Assembly: GCA_002437945.1 (NCBI GenBank)
Contig: DJSB01000033.1
Location: forward strand, 16,796-80,795
Source of the DNA: Christensenella sp. UBA6345
GTDB taxonomy: Bacteria > Bacillota > Clostridia > Christensenellales > UBA1242
Direction: 5' to 3'
DNA: 64,000 nt
Shown here one piece after another: positions 12,601 through 18,767 of the stretch. The translations under genes were made by a program, and so were the position numbers. The notes under the pieces were generated by a model. The model saw nothing but the letters and a program-made list of their open reading frames with translations, had not been told where the DNA came from and did no database searches. Position 1 is the first letter of the stretch; every line of letters starts with the position of its first letter.

Positions 12601-13283
12601 TGTCCGTGTGCAATGTAATCCGGACAATAGAATTCTTCTTTTGGAGTGCCTGCAGTTAATATCTGTAAAGCATTAGGGTCTCCACTTTTTATGGTTATGT
12701 CTTTATAAGATTCTAACAAACTAGTTTCATTACCAGTGTTAGGATTTAATGCTAAATTAGGATTGGTAAATACATATAACCCAAAACTATTAGAACCAGC
12801 ATTAATCAATTTTTCTTCATCAGCACCATCATAGTCAGATGCAAGTACTAATCCATTGTTAGGAATAGGAACATCAACTAAAATCTTCAAGTTAGTGGAC
12901 GAAACAACAAGTTGTGTTTTTGCTTGGATAACAACTTCACCGCCAATATTATTGCCATTGGCATCTTTTTTAAGTTTAATAGTAAATGGTTCACCAGCCT
13001 TAACTGTGCTAGGAATTTCAACTATATTGCTACCATCTGCATAAACCAATTTAAGTTCGACATCTAACTGATTGGCGTTGGCAGGCAAAAAGTTAATGGT
13101 TGTAGTATAATCATCAACCACTCTGACTTTATCAGTTTCCCAAGAAAGTGCGGTAATATTAATTTTTTTATTACTGAACACACCAGTAATAGCCGCTATA
13201 CCCGCAGCGACACCTATTAAGGCAATCAAACTACCGAGTACAATACCAATAATTTTTAATGCTTTTTTCATTTGTTTCTCCAC
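3693..13283 (-). CDS. Giant (3196 aa) N-terminally membrane-anchored surface protein, function unknown
   Basis: Single uninterrupted ORF with a GGAG RBS. The N-terminal hydrophobic helix is ALKIIGIVLGSLIALIGVAAGIAAITGVF. The rest is N/T/S/Y/I/V-rich and looks beta-rich, with very few Cys. I saw no LPXTG, choline-binding or S-layer motif and no obvious long internal repeats. Confidence 0.85.
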   Translation of the reverse strand: MEKQMKKALKIIGIVLGSLIALIGVAAGIAAITGVFSNKKINITALSWETDKVRVVDDYTTTINFLPANANQLDVELKLVYADGSNIVEIPSTVKAGEPFTIKLKKDANGNNIGGEVVIQAKTQLVVSSTNLKILVDVPIPNNGLVLASDYDGADEEKLINAGSNSFGLYVFTNPNLALNPNTGNETSLLESYKDITIKSGDPNALQILTAGTPKEEFYCPDYIAHGHKGPFKDANGNYLGSTCHGKRLSKHKFIEYTAKAVTSARAPVIISAKALRTYSMQDEYVDENDTKYYDAENNFKREEYYTDLSNYISEYQDYIKADTRPYYNTINGTLEYENGAAFITAITQTNSAGENYIKINDTISAQKNAAYFYMYVESKSIFNIEEIDIKEVKSTVTSKVEFEPHGDLNQYNVNELQSTFGLSLIPTNQEDFTPENLKYRLNEIRILPIKNKSETSTSTFDFDLSNIFEIENPTSIDNPVWKIRCINPISNEDRLKGNYRLRFYIPSSKVKTELDYYTPGDKFVDIGVEATEVIVSDLRLFTSQTNPQNALDTTMITNTTNVGGRSYRQELDSTRYELTGPDGKTPTYTLVKFFVTDTSAKTKDGATDTSFFKVKLCADGGTPILKQMPYNTTKINAYEIDYYVGGKCTLEAINSTNGDSLEVFAAVVKTDYLGRPIDVNGVSEGEEGYNGVYQIAAQSNKISINIYTHLEKLNFYTVNTIDGEEQYTLRNVSDTGDASTTDTIQLLAGEEYKMVATPFYLNTSGTFDAGNKNYVNGTVIDYKTNLTEAMKLAQSGLQITPNSFVANSTDISLKISYMEEKVWFDLGVTAKVNKSAPANYTPVGFDLKAIASSNSELTSVFNSSRSSVNMIVNYAAIDSFVLETEVNTPEHKIAPRVGSLEVGGQSHTIIWKEQFENGRYSDNQFYINVNYDFDIQKGVDDNQFNAKIDKAYRNAEYIQNYLKPFTDKRSLDTELISINWTVDFEGNPPSPTDKPTDYLDVVTNSSVNDGTLIAGVLKPIKGTKDGVKLRATCTLGVYKTNSGFIYKHTLSTVIVLYQNDVVFSSYSEVNINESTKGYVLNNSNNENIQELTAGTPIDLFEEFKLKDGNNSNYYIYNDIAKTYETANAPNNITTTKRITATLAGYDEIQAYCTYEIDNVNALSFIGADGNLLSAKKTQTINGKLRVQASYLTADTRVKITITSPFGDTQGFYYINVKSSVTIDKPAGNIVTSTTSEHEGVIDLSKIITVKQAKQTDNGDGTVTKETIDLKTSFEIDASTSGFADMLVDDVETINVYDPNEFTHDENDTTTYPKTVKLTTEIKPREVLNSKPVNLKLKYYIPYEVKTTDSDGNEQIILRYKEEVIEKIDNTVIAMVVEPGYELTLNTAIKDKTSTPLKLSSGLDYNFFKNETYQDETKFSGGNGNIVDSFIKIKNKTTNETLSIEDTVKVIGKLVTMQYDYPTDDKNYTALFPGDADTAIKSGIMRTRSISSNLNIPIVVKFNSVASDDYIAGDKNSSTIYVNVSASVEYHINAYENEYFNEESKIQYFQNYNCDRKIGESGYDGIIELGNYDITLFDSTSPLDNIISLRGVDNNELLGQLFNQYVLTRYDGDGYFSVTDDDNCEIIITKNKDGSLQKLVLRIKNSVNDDVRYKLLIDTEINPVNAPYEYAFILKPNYKLVTNYPLVDSSEKVMNNSRVDLLSNYINDNNRIQTYIGNSLVTITKVDGSSTQYQLTYKDENNEDLDITKLVDITNGKYITFSIITGSEFGTIENNRTLVITKAPEKTTDSLVVRATLFNGAYIDYNFEIYKNLPTVSVNTPSEVIEVYGNNTYNLLDYVSLSDDNIDGLKYVFKYNNTDNLGLTVLDNRSSYRVSSNNEIIYNTGNQLNVKFDDTSEEKGVLVSFRIWTNQHVSGESYSTLKIKVFPDLRITVNENVDRIVSGNETTILSHSDSSAWLQLANENMSDIKVGIKEIAYSEKVLDGNEVKTVAKTYSIDDPKTDSYSTYNIDINTVLYEQDSDTKLYRYVNKSRKLNLIFDTTNDSVTLKSNNVGSVYKLTFYVRKSYNGENYYYTYTINLVPDIDLHSNYLGKGGSAYNLTSASAQENTIGYRTITLNGYGREGDKIIDPTDYSGTALNYSDTGSKHVTVRGYAYELNSSNTKQNSEIITTNVDKGQFNVTVKAINQSTKIFANYYADWGNDSADPYEEIINLVINPNISNDGFKYDNNNTVVNEFTAYAGSVIEIDTTSGLKLIENGYTALSQGQQTNASGSYSNMANVLLNTKAGGEEELYYQYQSIVTSAGTIDCIILKSVPEATTIEIPYYYDLTGKRSGLVNMEDSNNRLYEGVDYYNPNNKIKIKILPGLSSIEYNVNGSTPTPNKPENSIDLTEYFAQLFNTDNISSGSSFNIDNIKNVSDIGNFGNGLTAPNGVKIIDLFNLGYFTGNGSDMGNTKDWITSNTLLKPQLVKGIQYTVEISLGDTKNGQVEYNNFKSVENASNYYYLSDDNSTIYFIPPTISNNNTLLAKITVKLPGVNASQVVYIRYQFSGNYYIPNTDQKNFAIGNGGTIIVTPKGFDVTNNNGIVYDTANNQIVLDFTKTSSTSYDGLFTYGYQLGTMRDDSQSLNKAEYLNDKNVISIQKGNDIYYYYILDGVQLQYELLTSSKYVSIKEGKLIIDPCYALETYDASKYEFTLRVSVGSITQNYTIKLVPIILSVRATITDNVMEVFFVDKNASLTTPIQVDNANITVESVSSSDVSTNISEEEKAIVNQWIQSAQYNTGSYRFVVKIVPDCKQLYRSITTAFNIKVIVGKDSDNWQLEESTKAISSEGTVLTSSYDPEFGLYENKVSYNPNTSSSVISVNLTNNFGDTTMDNLLFTNAFSSSEYNTKLYLYENNSGIDYSKYIKLTKDGVDIQLEGVVLNNGTVLKYEESFALTYVKYSELKQNDSTIIDPSYVVLSDSTVMGYEEYSRLQTESSVEDPLYVIMVNKDMKNNGSYSNDIIDLRTIGAVESQYYSIDSSTYKYVVKGNQVLNDIILDYTAKLVVISKTDPAISYTLIREFSVKLVKNAGVSNIKDSYSANVVDNKFTINLTGDDRITVTGNTNIVFKPISDGLYADKDTSTTDVENTIVFSEIQTNAGFISTISCDISGFNSLVHDLHLISFKAHVYYKAENGYVYTGTSDPNYVTTVTFTLTYNS

Positions 13284-13436
13284 TTATTTATTAAACAAAC
13301 TAAAGTAAATTATTATTTAATTTAATATGTGCTACTAACAGAATATTATTAATAGCACAACCAAATTTTTCGGTTATCAAATATCTAACTATATCTATAT
13401 ACTTGTAATAGACCATCATAAATCAACTAAAAGCGA

Positions 13437-13532
13437 GCGTAGCAATATTTTCGGATAACTGATGGCTATCAAATTTAAGTATGGCATTTCGGAACGAAAT
13501 GCTGTGTCCGTATGGACACAATAGACGTAGTC
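13437..13532. repeat. 96-bp direct repeat, copy 1 (identical to 13860-13955)
   Basis: A base-by-base comparison of the two stretches shows 96/96 identity. The period is 423 bp. Confidence 0.95.
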
Positions 13533-13859
13533 ATAACTTTTTAATCACTTAAATTATATTATCTGAAGTTGTCGGCAAGCAGTCCGAAGGAATATTTGCC
13601 AGCAACTGATGTTTATTCAAACTATGATGCCACGAGTTATCGTGGAATTGCAATTTGCAATTTGATTTATGAACATAGTGAATAAAGCAACATCATATTG
13701 TTTATACCAAAGAAGTTTATACAAGCGACACGCAGTGTCATTTGATATAAACTGACGCAGAATCAAATTTAAGTATGGATTTAAAGATGATACACTAATA
13801 AATATATCCTTTTTTGACATCTTCTTAAATTATATTGCCGGAAGTTAGACGAAAGCAGT

Positions 13860-13955
13860 GCGTAGCAATATTTTCGGATAACTGATGGCTATCAAATTTA
13901 AGTATGGCATTTCGGAACGAAATGCTGTGTCCGTATGGACACAATAGACGTAGTC
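13860..13955. repeat. 96-bp direct repeat, copy 2
   Basis: Identical to 13437-13532. Confidence 0.95.
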
Positions 13956-13967
13956 TATCATACTTAA

Positions 13968-13996
13968 ATTATACTTTTCTCCATAATAATTGTCAA
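13968..13996 (-). promoter_or_regulatory. Consensus SigA-type promoter TTGACA-17 nt-TATAAT
   Basis: The minus strand reads aagTTGACAattattatggagaaaagTATAATttaagta, with -35 at 13991-13996 and -10 at 13968-13973. AT-rich sequence lies upstream. Confidence 0.75.
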
Positions 13997-14094
13997 ACTT
14001 AAAACATAATATATAGCCATATATAAAAGTTTTTGTAATAAGATAATATATATAATATTTATCACAATTTACATATAAAAATAGTTTAGAAAAA

Positions 14095-14142
14095 AACCAA
14101 AAAATAAAAAAAGTTTTAAAGCAAATATTTTACTTTAAAACT
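14095..14142 (-). terminator. Rho-independent terminator of the 14152-14775 gene
   Basis: Perfect 10-bp stem AGTTTTAAAG/CTTTAAAACT (14112-14121 / 14133-14142), followed on the minus strand by a long T-rich run. Confidence 0.8.
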
Positions 14143-14151
14143 TTAACAAAT

Positions 14152-14775
14152 TTATCTAGTTTTTTCTAATCTATTATATTTTTCCATTAAGATTTTATTT
14201 TCGATTTTCTTTTGATTGATAATTTTTTGAGACTCTTCATCTATTTCCATTTTTGGAACTATCATCTCATAAAATTCTGGTCCTTTTTTAGAAAATTCAA
14301 AAAGTATACGACTTACAATACCAAAAGAAATACCGCTATGATCCTGACTACAGAAAATTTTCTTTGCTTCTTTAAAATCTGGATTACTATCTAAAGATTC
14401 CATAATTTTTAAAGCATCTTCAAGGTCTTGTCCATGATACATTCCTTTCGCTCTTGCTTCTACACATTTTGCCCAATCTTTTTGTCTTTCAGGATAAATA
14501 ATCTTATTACCACGTTCAATCCATTGTGGTATTTTATCCAAAGCATCTTTATTCTCTTTTTCTCTTTCTTGTATCATTTCTTCAACTTGTTTATCATATT
14601 CTGCTTTAGTACAACCCATTACTGCTTGATAAGCAGAATCCATTGTTACTGTTTCAGAATCCAACTTTTGTCCATTAAACTCACAAGTTGCTTTAATTCC
14701 TTTAGCACGTAAATCTATTAAACATTCTACAGTTTCATCTAATGTGTGCTTTGGTTTAATTTGTCCTAAATCCAT
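14152..14775 (-). CDS. Hypothetical cytoplasmic protein (207 aa)
   Basis: ORF with a GGAGG RBS, charged and helical-looking. I recognise no family. Confidence 0.6.
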   Translation of the reverse strand: MDLGQIKPKHTLDETVECLIDLRAKGIKATCEFNGQKLDSETVTMDSAYQAVMGCTKAEYDKQVEEMIQEREKENKDALDKIPQWIERGNKIIYPERQKDWAKCVEARAKGMYHGQDLEDALKIMESLDSNPDFKEAKKIFCSQDHSGISFGIVSRILFEFSKKGPEFYEMIVPKMEIDEESQKIINQKKIENKILMEKYNRLEKTR

Positions 14776-14890
14776 AAATATTTATCCTCCACCAATTATA
14801 TTAATTATAAATATTATAGCATACATTATATGGAATTTCAATACATTAATTTTTTCAATATAAACAATTATTATATTAATTGTTAAATAA

Positions 14891-17800
14891 TTATTCTCCA
14901 GTTGTATATTGTAAATCTAAAGTATTATCATAATTAATTTTTGATTTTTCATCATCAGATACTATCCCTTTACAACAATAAATACCTATAACACTATAAT
15001 TAATATCACCAAATAAATTAATATTTTTAATAGTAATATTGTCAATAATTGTGCCATAGTTTCTGTACATAATGCCACCAACTTCCAACTTATTGACATT
15101 AACTTCACTATCTTTAGTAATATTAATATCTAAATCAATATTAGAAATCGTAGAGTCTTTTCTTCCAGAATATACAATTCCACCAATATGTTGTCTACTT
15201 TGACAACAAGTTAGATTCAAAGTAATATCTACGTCGTTTGTAATCTTATTATTATCAAAAACTATACCAGCAAACTTATTAAATCCGCTAGATATAAGCG
15301 TACCTGTAATATTGCTTATAGTATTATTATTGGTAGACGCAATTGATGAAAAACAAATTTTAAAATTATCAGATTTATTATTAAAGATTATTTCTGTATT
15401 ATTAAATGTTACATTTTTAATATTACCATTATTAGTTATACATAATAATGAAGAATTATATCCCGTATTAATATCTTCCAAAAGTACCGTCATATTGTAA
15501 TTATCAAATATAACATTATCTATTGTTCCATAGTTATCATTTACTATTAATGTAAAATCATTATTGGCATATGTATTTTCAGTAATTGATGTACTTCCCG
15601 ATATCATCATATTTTTCACAACTGCATTAATACCTAATTTATTAAAAATAGTACGTTTAAGATTAATTAATTTTTTATTATTAAAATCAATTTCACCATT
15701 ATAATTATCTACAAGATAATCATTGGTTACATTATTAAAATCCAAATCTGCAGTGACAATATAATTTTTATCAGGTTCAATATTGATTAAATCATTAACA
15801 GAAGAAATTGAATAAATTTCTTTATATTCTACAGTATATACTACACTATCAAGTATTTTATCATTACATATAGCACTGATGGTAACATTACCACAGCCTA
15901 CAAAATTAACTACACTATCTTGTACATATGCGATTTCTGTATTACTACTAACAATTGTAAATGTATCTGTACATTTATATTGATCATATTTAAGAGTTAT
16001 CTTATAATCAAGTAATATATTAGATATAAAGAAATAATTAATTGTAGCATCTTCATTTAAAAAGTCAAAATCAACTATTGGATTAGTCACAACAATGTTC
16101 ACAACATATGTGATAGACATATCACAATATTGTACTTTGATAGTATATTTACCTAGTGAATCAAATATATATTTAGAATTGTTAACAATTGCTTTATCAT
16201 TAACAAATATAATAGTTTCGTAGTCATTTAATTCAATTTGATTGCTGAATACACTACCTGTTAAATAAATACTTGAATTTAATTCACAAGTTAACTCTTG
16301 ATTATCTGATACTATTTTATCATCAAAATATGCGCAGATGTGAGTAGGAACATACTTAACATTAACTGTTAAATTCTTGATAACTTCACCACATTTTAAA
16401 CTAATTATTGCAATACCCTTGCATTTAGCAATGATTGTGTTATCAGTAATTTCTATTATGTCACTATCGCAAACAATTTCTACATTCTTATCTATTGCAT
16501 AGATAGGCTCAACATCATAATTAAGTTGATACGTATCTAATCCTTTATCCCCATTGATATATAGGTCAATGGTTTCATTATCAACATTAATTGAAGATAC
16601 CTTAATTGGTTCGACATTAATTTTATATGAAATACTATAGTTTGTAATATCATTACTTACTATATTTAATGTACTAATACCCAATTTCTTTGCATATAGT
16701 TTATTTTCTTTTACTTCTACACTATCGCCAACAATAGTATATTTAAGGCAATTAGGTTTAACATCAACACCTTTATGACTTAAATTAATATCGGCATATA
16801 CCAACTCATTTTCGCTGATATCAAGATTATAATAATCTTCTGATGGCAAATATAAAGTATAGACATTATCTTTTGGTAATAATTCCTGTTCATTAAACAA
16901 TGAAAAATTAATACCTGTTATTGTATTATAGACATTGACAGTAAAATCACTAGTTGCATTTTTATTAGAAATATCACAGATATTATTATAAGTAGCAGTA
17001 ATATTATAATTACCAGTTGTATTAAAAGTAATTTCAAATTTATTATCACTAATATATTTATAATTGCAATTATTAAATGTAATCAATGAATAATCATTTA
17101 ATGAAGTATTTATTGTAGCGATATATGTTGTTTTTGTATAATATTCTTCACAATTATTGTTATCTAGGCTTAACTCAAAATCTATTGTATTAATAGGTTC
17201 TTTTACTATTACATTAATTGATTTTGTTAATTCGCCTGTTTTGGATAACACTTTTATAGTAACATTACATTCGCCTGATTTAATTGCAGTAAAAGTGCCA
17301 TCAACAATAGAAAGTGTATCGTTAGATATAGTTATATCTCTAGATAAATTATAATCACTCGGAACAACATCATAAGTAAAATTGCCAGTATCGCCTACAA
17401 ACATAGTTACACTATCATTAACTTTAAAATTATTAAATTTAATATTAGTAATATCTTCAGCATAATGATTATCAACTACTGTAACTGAAAAACTTTTACT
17501 AATATGCACGTGGTCAGCAGTTGATACTTCTACACTAACAGTATCTTGGCCTACTTTTATAGGTACAATTTCGCCAGTTATATAGTTATATTCAACACAA
17601 TCATTAACACTTGTAACAGTAATGTCACAATTATAATCCAAAGGTAATATAGTTAGATTATTGTAAGCATTTTCTTTTAAATCTACAATAATATTATCTT
17701 TAACAAAACTTAAATCTGTAGCAAATATTGGCTTTACACTTACTGTAAAAGTTGTGGTTGTAGTTTTAAATGTATTATTACCAATCATAATAGATGCGGT

Positions 17801-18112
17801 TAATTTGAACGAACCTGTTTTATTAAATACAATCTTATCATTAATTATTGTCGCAACACTAGTATCATCTATACTATATGTTGGTCGAACAGTGGCATTA
17901 CTTGGCAACACTGTAATATTAATATTATTAAGTGCTATTTCTTCGCCAACGAAATAATTATGCTTATCATTATCAAATTTAATATCACTAGCATAAACGA
18001 TATTTGATTCAGCCAAGGCAAGTCCTGACGAATTATCTCCTTTGTTAGATGAACCACAACCGGTCAAAAGAAATATTGCACAAACTATAAATAAATATTT
18101 AAAATATCTCAT
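14891..18112 (-). CDS. Large lipoprotein with repeated Ig-like (Big_2-type) modules and a C-terminal repetitive GLUG-like/beta-helix-like region
   Basis: Signal peptide plus lipobox (FLLTGC). There are at least 6 recurrences of the Big_2-like pattern (e.g. SVATIINDKIVFNKTGSFKLTASI, LSIVDGTFTAIKSGECNVTIKV, IEITDNTIIAKCKGIAIISLKC). The last ~300 aa carry repeated N-I-x-N/IGG-containing segments. Confidence 0.7.
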   Translation of the reverse strand: MRYFKYLFIVCAIFLLTGCGSSNKGDNSSGLALAESNIVYASDIKFDNDKHNYFVGEEIALNNINITVLPSNATVRPTYSIDDTSVATIINDKIVFNKTGSFKLTASIMIGNNTFKTTTTTFTVSVKPIFATDLSFVKDNIIVDLKENAYNNLTILPLDYNCDITVTSVNDCVEYNYITGEIVPIKVGQDTVSVEVSTADHVHISKSFSVTVVDNHYAEDITNIKFNNFKVNDSVTMFVGDTGNFTYDVVPSDYNLSRDITISNDTLSIVDGTFTAIKSGECNVTIKVLSKTGELTKSINVIVKEPINTIDFELSLDNNNCEEYYTKTTYIATINTSLNDYSLITFNNCNYKYISDNKFEITFNTTGNYNITATYNNICDISNKNATSDFTVNVYNTITGINFSLFNEQELLPKDNVYTLYLPSEDYYNLDISENELVYADINLSHKGVDVKPNCLKYTIVGDSVEVKENKLYAKKLGISTLNIVSNDITNYSISYKINVEPIKVSSINVDNETIDLYINGDKGLDTYQLNYDVEPIYAIDKNVEIVCDSDIIEITDNTIIAKCKGIAIISLKCGEVIKNLTVNVKYVPTHICAYFDDKIVSDNQELTCELNSSIYLTGSVFSNQIELNDYETIIFVNDKAIVNNSKYIFDSLGKYTIKVQYCDMSITYVVNIVVTNPIVDFDFLNEDATINYFFISNILLDYKITLKYDQYKCTDTFTIVSSNTEIAYVQDSVVNFVGCGNVTISAICNDKILDSVVYTVEYKEIYSISSVNDLINIEPDKNYIVTADLDFNNVTNDYLVDNYNGEIDFNNKKLINLKRTIFNKLGINAVVKNMMISGSTSITENTYANNDFTLIVNDNYGTIDNVIFDNYNMTVLLEDINTGYNSSLLCITNNGNIKNVTFNNTEIIFNNKSDNFKICFSSIASTNNNTISNITGTLISSGFNKFAGIVFDNNKITNDVDITLNLTCCQSRQHIGGIVYSGRKDSTISNIDLDINITKDSEVNVNKLEVGGIMYRNYGTIIDNITIKNINLFGDINYSVIGIYCCKGIVSDDEKSKINYDNTLDLQYTTGE

Positions 18113-18173
18113 TTTCCTATTAATAAGTCTATTAGTACAATAGAATTATTATTTATCCCCTATTTTATTTCGC

Positions 18174-18206
18174 AAAAAAAGGAGTAAGAAAAGCATCTTA
18201 CCCCTT
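18174..18206 (-). terminator. Rho-independent terminator ending the alpha/rplQ operon
   Basis: On the minus strand, GGGGTAAGA...TCTTACTCC is followed by TTTTTTT. Confidence 0.75.
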
Positions 18207-18255
18207 CTTATAATTTAATTCTTTGTAATAATATTTTAAAAGTATATTTAAGATA

Positions 18256-18759
18256 TTAAACCAATTCAACAATAGCCATTAAAGCATTGTCACCATTACG
18301 TGTTCCAAGTTTAATAACTCTTGTATAACCACCACCATTGCCTAATTCTTCTTTACGTTTAGCATATTTTGGAGCATAAACGTTGAAGATCTTTTCAATA
18401 AGTGGATTCTTGATATCTTGTGTACGAGCAACGAATGCACTCTTTGATTCTTTAGGTGCTCTAACTTCTTGGATATCAGTTAATTTAGCCATAATTCTTC
18501 TGCGAGCAGCAAGTTTTTTAGGGCCATCATTGATTACTTCACGATTAGAAGTAACACCCTTATCATTAACAACTTTTTTAGTTGTCTTAACAGTATCTTC
18601 ATAACTGTTGATTGCAGAAGTTAAAATCTTTTCAGCATAAGATTGAACATCTTTGGCTTTTTCAAATGTAGTTTCAATTCTACCATACCAAAGAAGATTA
18701 GTTGCCAAATTCTTTAATAATGCTGTACGTTGATCAGTAGGTCTTTGTAACTTTCTCAT
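18256..18759 (-). CDS. rplQ: 50S ribosomal protein L17 (with a ~50-aa internal insertion)
   Basis: MRKLQRPTDQRTALLKNLATNLL...GGYTRVIKLGTRNGDNALMAIVELV gives L17 ends. At 167 aa it is longer than typical. It sits after rpoA. Confidence 0.9.
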   Translation of the reverse strand: MRKLQRPTDQRTALLKNLATNLLWYGRIETTFEKAKDVQSYAEKILTSAINSYEDTVKTTKKVVNDKGVTSNREVINDGPKKLAARRRIMAKLTDIQEVRAPKESKSAFVARTQDIKNPLIEKIFNVYAPKYAKRKEELGNGGGYTRVIKLGTRNGDNALMAIVELV

Positions 18760-18767
18760 ATTTCCTC

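Larger units (their letters stand above)
13433..13973 (-). ncRNA. Tandem array of structured RNA modules (alpha hairpins, beta hairpin, gamma four-way junctions); candidate long leader or independent ncRNA
   Basis: No credible ORF. Alpha hairpins lie at 13841-13887, 13712-13757 and 13565-13611, with a degenerate copy at ~13433-13464, and show compensatory stem changes. The beta hairpin is at 13630-13645. Gamma junctions are at 13895-13970 and 13472-13555, with a degenerate gamma at 13761-13835. The strand is inferred from the upstream consensus promoter and from the orientation of the 52.5-kb copy relative to its terminator. Confidence 0.6.

Noticed and set aside
4690-13044. Short + strand ORFs, plus one overlapping minus-strand ORF (6746-6934), within the giant gene
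   Set aside because: The + strand ORFs are antisense to a continuous 9.6-kb reading frame, and 6746-6934 is an alternate frame of the same strand. None has start-site support. Such ORFs are expected by chance in AT-rich sequence with few stop codons on the complementary frame.
13617-13820. 67-aa minus-strand ORF inside the intergenic region
   Set aside because: It has no RBS and an odd composition, and it lies directly across the conserved hairpin modules. It is more parsimoniously non-coding.
13437-13955. Possible CRISPR array, because of the repeated sequences in a non-coding region
   Set aside because: There are only two copies of a 96-bp repeat, with a 423-bp period. There is no series of short regular repeats and spacers, and no cas genes in the window.
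13895-13970. Possible tRNA or tRNA-like gene (76-nt cloverleaf)
   Set aside because: The loops are only 3-4 nt, so there is no 7-nt anticodon loop. There is no GTTCRA T-loop and no conserved D-loop residues. The closing stem is 12 bp instead of 7. The element is retained as an unusual four-way junction, not as a tRNA.
13433-13973. Type III toxin-antitoxin (ToxI-like repeat RNA) interpretation of the tandem RNA modules
   Set aside because: The modules are heterogeneous in size and order rather than regular ~36-nt repeats. The downstream gene is a 3196-aa surface protein, not a ToxN/AbiQ-like endoribonuclease.
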